Assembly (NCBI GenBank): GCA_029261055.1
Contig: JAJDCA010000014.1
Span: 207,984-271,983 of the forward strand
DNA length: 64,000 bases
Source of the DNA: Candidatus Omnitrophota bacterium
GTDB lineage: Bacteria; Omnitrophota; Gorgyraeia; Zapsychrales; Zapsychraceae
Direction of reading: 5' to 3'
In this document: piece by piece, positions 42,627 through 51,054 of the stretch
Layout of the letters: each line of letters starts with the position of its first letter
How positions within the stretch are numbered: the stretch's first letter is position 1
The notes under the pieces: model-generated
Databases searched by the model: none
Told to the model about the DNA's origin: nothing
The model's input: only the letters and a program-made list of their open reading frames with translations
Program-made: the position numbers and the translations under genes

Positions 42627-43684
42627 TGTTCATGAATTCAAAAATAAAAAAAGTCATCGGTTGTTTTTCAGAAAAACGTATTGATGCGCTTCTAATTACA
42701 CGAGATGTTAATATTCAATACCTCATGGATTTTCCAGCTTCGGAATCTTGGTTGTTGATTACGCCTAAAAAGGTGTTTTATATTACAGATTCTCGTTATG
42801 TTTTAGAGGCTCGAGAAGGACTTAAAGGGGTTCAGGTTAAGCAATATACGAAGTCTATTTATGAGTTGATGTTTCAGCTCGCTAAGCAACAGGGATGTAA
42901 ACGTATTGGATTTGATGCACGGTATTTTTCACTGGAGCAATATGAAATATTAAAAAAACGAAGTTGCAGTGATATAAAATTGATCAAAGCTAACAATATG
43001 GTTGAGGATTTGCGGGAAATTAAAACAGCTACAGAAGTTGAAAAGATAAAATATGCGCTAAAATTACACAGGCAGGCACACCAATATCTAAAGAAAATTG
43101 TTAGGCCAGGGCTTTCTGAGAAAGAAATATTGTGTAAATTAGAACGATTCGTTAAGTCAAGAGGGGCTGGTTTTTCTTTTGATCCTATTATAGCGAGCGG
43201 GCCTAATTCTTGTTATCCTCATGCCAGAGTGACGGATCGTAAAATAAAGGATAACGAGCCAGTACTTATAGATATGGGGATCGACATAAATGGCTATAAG
43301 TCCGACTTGACACGTATGTTTTTTTTAGGTAAAATGGCGCAACTTGTTCAGGATGTAAATGATTTTGTTTTTGAATCACAGCGACGAGCTATTAAGAAAA
43401 TTTGTGAGGGTGTTTCCGCGTCAGAAATAGATCGGACAGCACGTAACTTCTTAGGAAAAAACAAGTTAGCAAAGTATTTTGGCCATTCTTTGGGGCATGG
43501 AGTTGGATTAGAAATTCATGAAAATCCTCGCTTGTCTCAAAAAAGCACATCTATTCTTAAAGAAGGAATGATTATTACCATTGAACCGGGCGTTTATATT
43601 CCGAAAAAATTTGGTGTTCGTATTGAAGATATGGTTTTAGTCAAAAAACAAGGGTATGAAATTTTAAGTGACGATATCTATTAA
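42626..43684 (+). CDS. Xaa-Pro aminopeptidase (M24 family)
   Basis: M24 metal-ligand blocks (DMG.D..GY.SD, HGVGLEIHE, EPG.Y). Confidence 0.85.
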   Translation: MFMNSKIKKVIGCFSEKRIDALLITRDVNIQYLMDFPASESWLLITPKKVFYITDSRYVLEAREGLKGVQVKQYTKSIYELMFQLAKQQGCKRIGFDARYFSLEQYEILKKRSCSDIKLIKANNMVEDLREIKTATEVEKIKYALKLHRQAHQYLKKIVRPGLSEKEILCKLERFVKSRGAGFSFDPIIASGPNSCYPHARVTDRKIKDNEPVLIDMGIDINGYKSDLTRMFFLGKMAQLVQDVNDFVFESQRRAIKKICEGVSASEIDRTARNFLGKNKLAKYFGHSLGHGVGLEIHENPRLSQKSTSILKEGMIITIEPGVYIPKKFGVRIEDMVLVKKQGYEILSDDIY

Positions 43685-44234
43685 TCAAATTAGATCAGGC
43701 ATGGGACTCTGTATCGATGGTAAAATTTATTTGATCATGGAGTATCATCATGTAAAGCCAGGCAAAGGAACAGCCTTTGTTCGTATAAAATTAAAAAATG
43801 TTAAAACAAAACAAGTTCTAGAAAGAACTTTCAAGACAGCTGATAAATTGGATGATGTCGAATTAGAAGAAAAAAAACTTCAGAATCTTTATCGTGCAGG
43901 CGATTCTTTTCATTTTATGGATCAAAATGCTTATGAAGAGGTTGTCATTTCAGAAGATGTTCTTGGTGCCAATATAAAATTCTTACAAGAAGATTTGGAG
44001 GTGACAGGGATTTTTTACAAAGATGAAGTCCTTGATGTGGCTCTACCAACATTTATTGAAGCTGAAATTACACATACGGAAGTTGGGCTAAAAGGAGATT
44101 CCTCAAAGGCAGGTACAAAACCTGCAACTATTGATACGGGCGCAGTTATTCAGGTTCCGTTATTTATTACCATGGATGACAAGGTGAAAATTGATACCAG
44201 GACAGGAGAATATGTCGAAAGGGTAAAAAAATGA
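43668..44234 (+). CDS. efp: elongation factor P
   Basis: …HHVKPGKGTAFVRIKLKN… EF-P KOW-like domain. Confidence 0.9.
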   Translation: MTISINQIRSGMGLCIDGKIYLIMEYHHVKPGKGTAFVRIKLKNVKTKQVLERTFKTADKLDDVELEEKKLQNLYRAGDSFHFMDQNAYEEVVISEDVLGANIKFLQEDLEVTGIFYKDEVLDVALPTFIEAEITHTEVGLKGDSSKAGTKPATIDTGAVIQVPLFITMDDKVKIDTRTGEYVERVKK

Positions 44235-44686
44235 ATTTGAAAGAAATAAAAGAAATAATAAAATTAATGAATGAGAATGAGCTGGTTGAAATTGAAGTTG
44301 AGCGCGATGGCAGCAAGATTAAAGTTAAAAAAGCAAATACCGAATCTAATGAGGTTATTTATAAAAGGCCTATTGAGTATAAAGTTGCCCCACCATCAAG
44401 ACAAGAAGTTAAAGAAAGTTCTTCTGAGCCTGTAGTCGACTCGAATAAAAAAGAAATTAAATCGCCAATGGTCGGAACTTTTTATTCCGCCCCATCCCCA
44501 GAAGCATCTCCATTCGCTGAGGTCGGAAAAGTTGTCGAAATCGGGCAGGTTGTTTGTATTGTTGAGGCTATGAAATTAATGAATGAAATTAAATCAGAAG
44601 TTAAGGGTAAAATTGTTGAAATTTTAGTTTCGAATGCTCAACCTGTAGAATTTGGACAAACCTTATTCACTGTTGATCCGGTATAA
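44231..44686 (+). CDS. accB: acetyl-CoA carboxylase biotin carboxyl carrier protein
   Basis: Biotinylation motif EAMKLMNEI. Confidence 0.88.
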   Translation: MNLKEIKEIIKLMNENELVEIEVERDGSKIKVKKANTESNEVIYKRPIEYKVAPPSRQEVKESSSEPVVDSNKKEIKSPMVGTFYSAPSPEASPFAEVGKVVEIGQVVCIVEAMKLMNEIKSEVKGKIVEILVSNAQPVEFGQTLFTVDPV

Positions 44687-44688
44687 AT

Positions 44689-46047
44689 ATGTTTTCTAAA
44701 ATACTTATTGCTAATAGAGGGGAAATTGCCCTAAGAATTATACGGGCCTGTCGGGAGTTAAATATTCAGACGGTGGCAGTTTATTCTGAAGCTGATCGAG
44801 ATTCTCTTCATGTTCGTTTTGCAGATGAAACCGTGTGTATCGGTCCGTCGTCTAGTTTAGATAGTTATCTTAATATTCCAGCTATTATTTCTGCAGCAGA
44901 AATTACAGATGTAGAAGCTGTGCATCCAGGTTATGGTTTTCTTGCAGAAAATGCCCATTTTGCAGAAATTTGTGAATCGTGTGGCATTACTTTTATTGGT
45001 CCAAGTGCCTCCGTAATTAGATCAATGGGAGATAAAGTTGTAGCACGAGAAACTATGCGTAAAAACGGAGTTCCGCTAACACCTGGCGGTAAGGGAATTA
45101 TCAAGAGTAAAGAAGATGCTCTTACTGTTGCTAAGAAAATTAAATATCCTGTTATCATCAAAGCCGTTTCCGGCGGTGGTGGAAAAGGTATGAGAGTGTG
45201 TCATAACGATGTGTCTTTGATGAATTCTGTTGTCATTGCTCAGAATGAAGCGGAAGCCAACTTTGGAAATTCCGAAGTGTATATTGAAAAATATATCCAA
45301 GATCCTCGGCACATTGAATTTCAAATAATCGCGGATAAGCATGGCAATGTTATACATTTGGGTGAAAGAGATTGTAGCATTCAAAGGCGGCATCAGAAAT
45401 TATTAGAAGAAGCCCCTTCACCAGCTTTAAATAGCAAATTGAGAAAACGTATGGGAGAGGTTGCCGTTAAAGCTGCAAAGGCCGTCAATTATGAAAATGT
45501 TGGTACAATTGAATTTCTTTTAGATAGTAGTGGTGAATTCTATTTTATGGAAATGAATACCCGTGTTCAGGTAGAGCATCCTGTTACAGAAATGGTTACA
45601 GGGATCGACATCGTTAAAGAACAAATTAAGATTGCCACTGGTGAAAAGCTGACGATTAAACAGGAGGATGTTAAAATTCGCGGTGCCGCTATTGAATGTC
45701 GTATCAATGCAGAGGATCCAAAAAATAATTTTATGCCCTCTCCTGGAACAATTGAACAATTAAATCTTCCAGGGGGTAGAGGAATAAGGATCGATACGCA
45801 TATATACCCTGGTTATAAAATTAGTCCATTTTATGATTCTATGGTGGCTAAATTAATTGCTTATGGCGATGATCGAAAAGAAGCCATAGCCATCATGAAA
45901 AGAGCGTTAGATGAATTTTATATAAGTCCAGTTAAAACAACCAGTGGGTTACATAGTGAAATTTTGAACCATCCTACATTTTTAGAAGGAAAAATTACGA
46001 CACATTTTTTAGAAAAAATGATGAAAAATGAAGGGGAAAATGTCTAA
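44689..46047 (+). CDS. accC: acetyl-CoA carboxylase biotin carboxylase
   Basis: [21 protein letters not shown]… ATP-grasp; 452 aa. Confidence 0.95.
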   Translation: MFSKILIANRGEIALRIIRACRELNIQTVAVYSEADRDSLHVRFADETVCIGPSSSLDSYLNIPAIISAAEITDVEAVHPGYGFLAENAHFAEICESCGITFIGPSASVIRSMGDKVVARETMRKNGVPLTPGGKGIIKSKEDALTVAKKIKYPVIIKAVSGGGGKGMRVCHNDVSLMNSVVIAQNEAEANFGNSEVYIEKYIQDPRHIEFQIIADKHGNVIHLGERDCSIQRRHQKLLEEAPSPALNSKLRKRMGEVAVKAAKAVNYENVGTIEFLLDSSGEFYFMEMNTRVQVEHPVTEMVTGIDIVKEQIKIATGEKLTIKQEDVKIRGAAIECRINAEDPKNNFMPSPGTIEQLNLPGGRGIRIDTHIYPGYKISPFYDSMVAKLIAYGDDRKEAIAIMKRALDEFYISPVKTTSGLHSEILNHPTFLEGKITTHFLEKMMKNEGENV

Positions 46048-46403
46048 TGAAACAGAATGATACTCTTGATCTTGGTTCTGTACAGATTCACAGAAAAGTT
46101 TTGGCTGAAATAATTAATTCAGCTATCGAGAGCGTTGATGGTGTTCAATTGATTCAACATAATTTTTCTTTAAAAGTTTCTCAATTTTTTAAGCGTAATA
46201 ATTTTCCTGGTATTCTTATTAAAGAAGATGATAAACATAATGTTAGTCTTGAATTAAAAGTTTTTGTTCGTTATGGTATTAACATTCCTGATGCGGCTCG
46301 ACAAATTCAAACAAGCGTACGGGCAGCAGTTAAGAAAACGGTTGATCTTAATTTTAAGGATATTAATATTCATATTGAAGGGATAGAAAGGGGGCAAGGA
46401 TGA
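46047..46403 (+). CDS. Asp23/Gls24-family alkaline-shock protein
   Basis: 118 aa, IHRKVLAEIINSAIESVDGV… Asp23 family. Confidence 0.65.
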   Translation: MKQNDTLDLGSVQIHRKVLAEIINSAIESVDGVQLIQHNFSLKVSQFFKRNNFPGILIKEDDKHNVSLELKVFVRYGINIPDAARQIQTSVRAAVKKTVDLNFKDINIHIEGIERGQG

Positions 46404-47017
46404 GTTTTTTTCAAAGAGTGATTGGTCTATTTTATGTTTTATTAGTTTTATTTCTAACCTGTAGTTTTGGTTTGTTTCTTTTGCATAAAATTTCTTTTGA
46501 TCAAGCAATTACATTTATTTATTTGATATACAGTGACGAGCAATTAAGAATTATTTTTGGAAGTGCAACGGGTTTGTTATTAGTAGTGAATTTTGCTTTC
46601 TTCAAGTTATTTACTCGTAATTCCAAAAAAGAGAAAATTATTGCTTTTGATAATCCTTCCGGAAGGGTGAGTGTGGCATTAACAGCTTTAGAGGACTTGG
46701 TCAAACGGATGACGGTTAAGTTATCAGAGGTGAGAGATGTTAAATCAAGTATTACTACTTCCAAAAAGGGATTGAAAATTAAGATTCGGTTGGTACTTTG
46801 TTCTGAGGTTAATATCCCTGAAGTCACATCTAGAGTACAAGATTCTGTTAAGAAAAAAATTCAAGATACCATAGGGCTTGATGAAGCTGTGGATATTGCG
46901 ATATACGTTGGAAAAATTGTTCCAGAGCCTTCCAAAAAAGAAAAACAGCAAGATAAAGTCGAACCAAAGCAAGAAAATCTTGAACCCAATATTCCTTTTC
47001 AAGGTTACAGAGCATAA
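46400..47017 (+). CDS. Asp23-associated membrane-anchor protein (AmaP-like), hypothetical
   Basis: Two N-terminal TM helices then a soluble domain; translationally coupled to the Asp23 gene. Confidence 0.4.
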   Translation: MSFFQRVIGLFYVLLVLFLTCSFGLFLLHKISFDQAITFIYLIYSDEQLRIIFGSATGLLLVVNFAFFKLFTRNSKKEKIIAFDNPSGRVSVALTALEDLVKRMTVKLSEVRDVKSSITTSKKGLKIKIRLVLCSEVNIPEVTSRVQDSVKKKIQDTIGLDEAVDIAIYVGKIVPEPSKKEKQQDKVEPKQENLEPNIPFQGYRA

Positions 47018-47022
47018 AATTT

Positions 47023-48045
47023 ATGAAAAAAATAGGCATATTAACAGGTGGTGTTGATTGTCCTGGTTTGAACTCAGTCATTCGTGCTGTTGTCAGAAAA
47101 TCACTTCACGAAGGATATGTTGTCACCGGGATTAAGAATGGTTGGAATGGTCTTGTCGAAAATGACATGCGTGTATTAGACTTGCGCATAACTTCCGGCA
47201 TTTTAGACCGGGGGGGGACGATTTTAGGTACGAGTTTATGTCATTCCCCTCTTGAGACTGAAAAAATGGCCGCCATTATGGAAAATTTTAAACGTGGGGG
47301 CATGGATGCGTTAATTGCTGTTGGAGGAGAAAATACCTTAAAAGTCGCTTTGGACTTATATGAACAAAATGGGCTTCCGGTTGTCGGGGTCCCAAAATCC
47401 ATAGATAATGCTCTTTCGGGCACTGATTATGCTTTTGGTTTTGACACGGCGGTCGATGTTGCTACGGCTTGTATTGATCGTCTTCATACAACAGCAGAAA
47501 GTCATCATCGCATTATTGTTATTGAAGTTATGGGGCGGCACACAGGATGGATAGCTCTGGAGGCTGGTATTGCTGGTGGAGCAAATATTATACTTGTCCC
47601 TGAATATCCTATTGATCTTCAAGAAGTTTGTGAATCTATAAGTTCCCGTCATAAGCGTGGAAAAACATTTAGTATTATTGTTGTATCCGAAGGTGCAAAG
47701 ATTAAGGGCCAAGCCGCTCGTGAAAATGATGATGAGGGCCCAAGAAAACATGCGGATAATATTGGGAAAATTATTGCTAATTTAATTGAAGAAAAAACAG
47801 GATATGAAACTCGTGTGAGTGTTTTGGGTCACATTCAAAGAGGAGGTTCTCCTTCTGCATACGATCGAATTCTTGGAACACGTTTTGGTGTGAAGGCCGT
47901 TGATTTGATAAAAGAAAGTCAATTCGGAAAAATGGTAAATTTGCATAATAATAAGATTAATTGTGTCGATATTTCCGAAGCCGTTAAAAAACATAAATCA
48001 ATTAATAAGGATTTGTTTTCGATTGCACAGTTATTTTCCGCATGA
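47023..48045 (+). CDS. pfkA: 6-phosphofructokinase-family (PfkA) sugar-phosphate kinase
   Basis: GILTGGVDCPGLNSVIRAVV, EVMGRHTGWIAL and LGHIQRGG motifs. The canonical GGDGS reads GGENT here. Confidence 0.8.
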   Translation: MKKIGILTGGVDCPGLNSVIRAVVRKSLHEGYVVTGIKNGWNGLVENDMRVLDLRITSGILDRGGTILGTSLCHSPLETEKMAAIMENFKRGGMDALIAVGGENTLKVALDLYEQNGLPVVGVPKSIDNALSGTDYAFGFDTAVDVATACIDRLHTTAESHHRIIVIEVMGRHTGWIALEAGIAGGANIILVPEYPIDLQEVCESISSRHKRGKTFSIIVVSEGAKIKGQAARENDDEGPRKHADNIGKIIANLIEEKTGYETRVSVLGHIQRGGSPSAYDRILGTRFGVKAVDLIKESQFGKMVNLHNNKINCVDISEAVKKHKSINKDLFSIAQLFSA

Positions 48046-48611
48046 TGATGAAAGAAAAAATTACAAAGATTTTTGAAGAATCTATCCATGTCAAACAAAA
48101 GACCCTCGCCGAAAATATTGATCCTATAATCAAAGTTGTTAAAGAAATTACAAAAGTCTTTAAACGAAAAGGTAAGGTTTTGTTTTTTGGTAATGGCGGT
48201 TCTGCAGCAGATAGTCAACATATTGCGGCTGAGTTTATAGGACGATTTCAAAAAGAACGTAAAGCCTTACCAGCACTTGCTCTCACCACAGACACATCTA
48301 TTTTAACTGCCTTGGGAAATGATTATATTTTTGATATTATATTCGCACGTCAAATTGAAGGGTTAGGGAAAAAGGGAGATATGGCTTTTGGGATTTCCAC
48401 AAGTGGCAATTCTAAAAATGTCATCGCTGGAATAAAGCAGGCGAAGAAAATGGGGATGACAACGGTTTCTTTAACCGGATGTCGCGGAGGAAAACTTGCC
48501 CGGTTAACGGATATAAATCTTATTGTACCATCTTCTAACACAGCCAGGATTCAAGAATCTCATATTTGTATCGCCCATACGATTTGTGAATTGGTTGAGA
48601 ATCAATTTTAA
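48042..48611 (+). CDS. gmhA: D-sedoheptulose-7-phosphate isomerase (SIS domain)
   Basis: 189 aa SIS fold (FFGNGGSAADSQH…ISTSGNS). Confidence 0.85.
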   Translation: MMMKEKITKIFEESIHVKQKTLAENIDPIIKVVKEITKVFKRKGKVLFFGNGGSAADSQHIAAEFIGRFQKERKALPALALTTDTSILTALGNDYIFDIIFARQIEGLGKKGDMAFGISTSGNSKNVIAGIKQAKKMGMTTVSLTGCRGGKLARLTDINLIVPSSNTARIQESHICIAHTICELVENQF

Positions 48612-48616
48612 GTTCT

Positions 48617-49099
48617 ATGCCTTCTAAGAAAAATCCTACTATTACTGCATTAAAAAAAGAAATTATCCGACATCGTCGACAAGGAAAGAAAATCGTTTTT
48701 ACAAATGGTTGTTTTGATATTCTTCATTGGGGGCATGTCCAATATTTACAGACCGTTAAGAAAACAAACAGGATTTTGGTTGTCGGATTAAACAGTGACA
48801 GTTCTATACGAGAAATTAAAGGACCAAAGCGACCGATTCTTCCTCAGCAGGCTCGTTTGAATGTTCTAACCGCTTTAGAATGTGTTGACTATGTGATTAT
48901 GTTTAATGAAGCAACCCCTTACCGCCTTATTTCGTCTGTAAAGCCGGATATCCTTGTGAAGGGAGCAGATTGGAAGGGCAAACAAGTTGTCGGGAGTGAC
49001 GTCGTTGAAAAAAGTGGAGGGAAGGTTGAATACATTAAATACTTACCTAAATATTCTACATCAAACATAATAGAGACGATTCTGAAGCGTTGTTCATGA
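48617..49099 (+). CDS. D-beta-D-heptose 1-phosphate adenylyltransferase (HldE domain II / RfaE2-like cytidylyltransferase)
   Basis: FTNGCFDILHWGHVQYL nucleotidyltransferase motif; 160 aa and no kinase domain. Confidence 0.8.
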   Translation: MPSKKNPTITALKKEIIRHRRQGKKIVFTNGCFDILHWGHVQYLQTVKKTNRILVVGLNSDSSIREIKGPKRPILPQQARLNVLTALECVDYVIMFNEATPYRLISSVKPDILVKGADWKGKQVVGSDVVEKSGGKVEYIKYLPKYSTSNIIETILKRCS

Positions 49100-49147
49100 A
49101 CTGAGCAATGTTTCATTTCTTTATGCTTCACAATACTTAAATTCTGT

Positions 49148-49561
49148 ATGTCGATCGAAAAACAAAAATTATATCGCATTGTAGACGCCAATTTTAATCG
49201 AGCTAAAGAAGGGCTAAGAGTTTGTGAAGACATTTGCCGTTTTATTTATGACGATAAAACGGCAACAAAAAAATATAAGCACATTCGGCATCGTTTAACG
49301 AGTATTATCTCTTTATTTAAATGGTCTCAAATTATTTTGGCACGAGATATTGTCGGGGATGTAGGCAAGCCAACCATTGACGTTGAGTTGAAACGTAAAA
49401 AAGTGCAGGATATTTTTTATGCTAATTCTCAACGGGTCAAAGAATCTGTCCGTGTTTTAGAGGAATTTACGAAACTTTTTAATAAAAAAGCAGCCCAAGC
49501 ATTGAAAGAATTACGTTATCAAGTTTATGACATCGAAAAGAAAATTGTTGGAAAAATGTAG
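49148..49561 (+). CDS. hypothetical protein, thiE-associated
   Basis: 137 aa (…YRIVDANFNRAKEGLRVCEDICRFI…). It overlaps the thiE start by 35 nt. Family not recognised with confidence. Confidence 0.5.
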   Translation: MSIEKQKLYRIVDANFNRAKEGLRVCEDICRFIYDDKTATKKYKHIRHRLTSIISLFKWSQIILARDIVGDVGKPTIDVELKRKKVQDIFYANSQRVKESVRVLEEFTKLFNKKAAQALKELRYQVYDIEKKIVGKM

Positions 49562-50174
49562 GTTGTATTTAATTCTAGATACGCAGGTTGCCGATTATGC
49601 CAAGCTTTTAAATGTTGCCAAAAAAGCAATGTCTGCAGGGGTTGATATTATTCAACTACGTGACAAACATGGTTCTGCTCGGGATATTATAAAGTTTTCA
49701 AACCATCTAATCAAACTAACACGCAATAAAATTCCCTTTATTATCAATGACCGTGCGGATTTAGCTTATGTATGTAATGCTTCAGGTGTTCATTTAGGCC
49801 AGGATGATATGCCTATGCAGGCAGCCAGGAAAATATTGGGTGCACGATCTATAATCGGGGTTTCCTGCCAGAGTTTAGCTCATGTGCGAAAAGCTATTAC
49901 CGATGGGGCCGACTACCTCGGTTTTGGTTCGGTATTCAAGACGCAGACAAAGCCGGAACGCGACCCCATGGCCGTTTCATTATTAGCCAAAGTAGCTAAA
50001 GTAACTCGCCTTAAGCAAATTCCTATTTTTGCTATCGGAGGGATAACACCTAAAAATTTACCACAAATACAAGCAGTTGGTGTTAATCGTATTGCTGTTT
50101 GTCGGGCGATTTCTGAGGTGAAAAATGTCAGTGAGGTTTCTCGGAATTTTAAAAGATTTTTACTGGAAAAATAG
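49527..50174 (+). CDS. thiE: thiamine-phosphate synthase
   Basis: LYLILDT… and ThiE TIM-barrel blocks (IQLRDK, HLGQDD, GVSCQS). Confidence 0.85.
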   Translation: MTSKRKLLEKCRLYLILDTQVADYAKLLNVAKKAMSAGVDIIQLRDKHGSARDIIKFSNHLIKLTRNKIPFIINDRADLAYVCNASGVHLGQDDMPMQAARKILGARSIIGVSCQSLAHVRKAITDGADYLGFGSVFKTQTKPERDPMAVSLLAKVAKVTRLKQIPIFAIGGITPKNLPQIQAVGVNRIAVCRAISEVKNVSEVSRNFKRFLLEK

Positions 50175-50254
50175 CTTCGGGAGTTCTTAAGATATTATCT
50201 GATCTCCGTCGATAAATATGTTCTTAAAAGTTGTTTAAAAGCTACAAAAGGATC

Positions 50255-50283
50255 TTGTCATAAAGAGTATCTTATGCTAAGAT
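50255..50283 (+). promoter_or_regulatory. sigma70-like promoter for tRNA-Gly
   Basis: TTGTCA at 50255-50260, 17-nt spacer, TAAGAT at 50278-50283. Confidence 0.45.
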
Positions 50284-50319
50284 TTCCAATCATGCTAAAC
50301 TATAAATCGAACCATATTT

Positions 50320-50390
50320 GCGAGGGTCGTTCAGGGGTAGGACATCAGCTTCCCAAGCTGAGAACACGGGTTCGATTCCCGTTCCTCGCT
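50320..50390 (+). tRNA. tRNA-Gly (anticodon CCC)
   Basis: By hand: GCGAGGG-UC-GUUC-AGGGGUA-GGAC-A-UCAGC-UUCCCAA-GCUGA-GAAC-ACGGG-UUCGAUU-CCCGU-UCCUCGC-U. Near-identical architecture to E. coli tRNA-Gly(CCC). Confidence 0.8.
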
Positions 50391-50396
50391 TTTTTT

Positions 50397-51041
50397 ATGG
50401 TATCTGCGATGTTAATATCCGGTTGCTCAACGTTTGAAGTCGCTCCGGAGTATGTTTATACAGAACTTCCTGAACCAGATAAAAATGGTGTTTATCATAA
50501 AGTTAATGTAGGTGAAACTATTTGGCGTATTGCCAAAACATATGATGTTGCAATTGATGATATTATCAAGGCGAATAATATTCCCAATGTAGCCAAGGTA
50601 GAGAAGGATCAGCTTCTTTTTATTCCGGGAGCCTATTCTCAAAAAAAAATTATTCTTGATACTGGTGACAACAAAAATGAATTTGTATGGCCGGTAAAAG
50701 GAAAAGTTATTCATTATTTTCATCAGCGCTATGGAAATCAGATTAACAAGGGGATTGATATCCAGGCTAAAGATGGGGCTCCCGTACTGGCCGCTCGGAC
50801 AGGTCGTGTAGTATTAGCCGATTATCTGGGAGGGTATGGCCACACCGTCATTTTAGATCATTTAGACGGCTTTTATTCCGTTTATGCGCATAATGCAAAA
50901 CTTTCGGTTAGGTTAGATGAGCTTGTTTTAAAAAATAAAGAAATTGCCTTAGTAGGAAAAAATGAAAATCAGTTAGCTTATTTGCATTTTGAGGTACGTA
51001 AAAATTCAATTGAAGATAATCCGTTGTATTATTTGCCATAA
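50397..51041 (+). CDS. LysM-domain M23 peptidase lipoprotein (NlpD-like)
   Basis: Start reassigned to the ATG at 50397 (MVSAMLISGC lipobox) because the track ORF (50274) runs through the tRNA-Gly. LysM block VNVGETIWRIAKTYDV and M23 blocks (GIDIQAKDGAPVLAA, GHTVILDH). Confidence 0.8.
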   Translation: MVSAMLISGCSTFEVAPEYVYTELPEPDKNGVYHKVNVGETIWRIAKTYDVAIDDIIKANNIPNVAKVEKDQLLFIPGAYSQKKIILDTGDNKNEFVWPVKGKVIHYFHQRYGNQINKGIDIQAKDGAPVLAARTGRVVLADYLGGYGHTVILDHLDGFYSVYAHNAKLSVRLDELVLKNKEIALVGKNENQLAYLHFEVRKNSIEDNPLYYLP

Positions 51042-51054
51042 GGTATTTTAGGAA

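Noticed and set aside
50274-50396. 5' extension of the M23 peptidase ORF
   Set aside because: The extension contains a complete tRNA-Gly(CCC). The coding start was moved to the ATG at 50397 with its lipobox.
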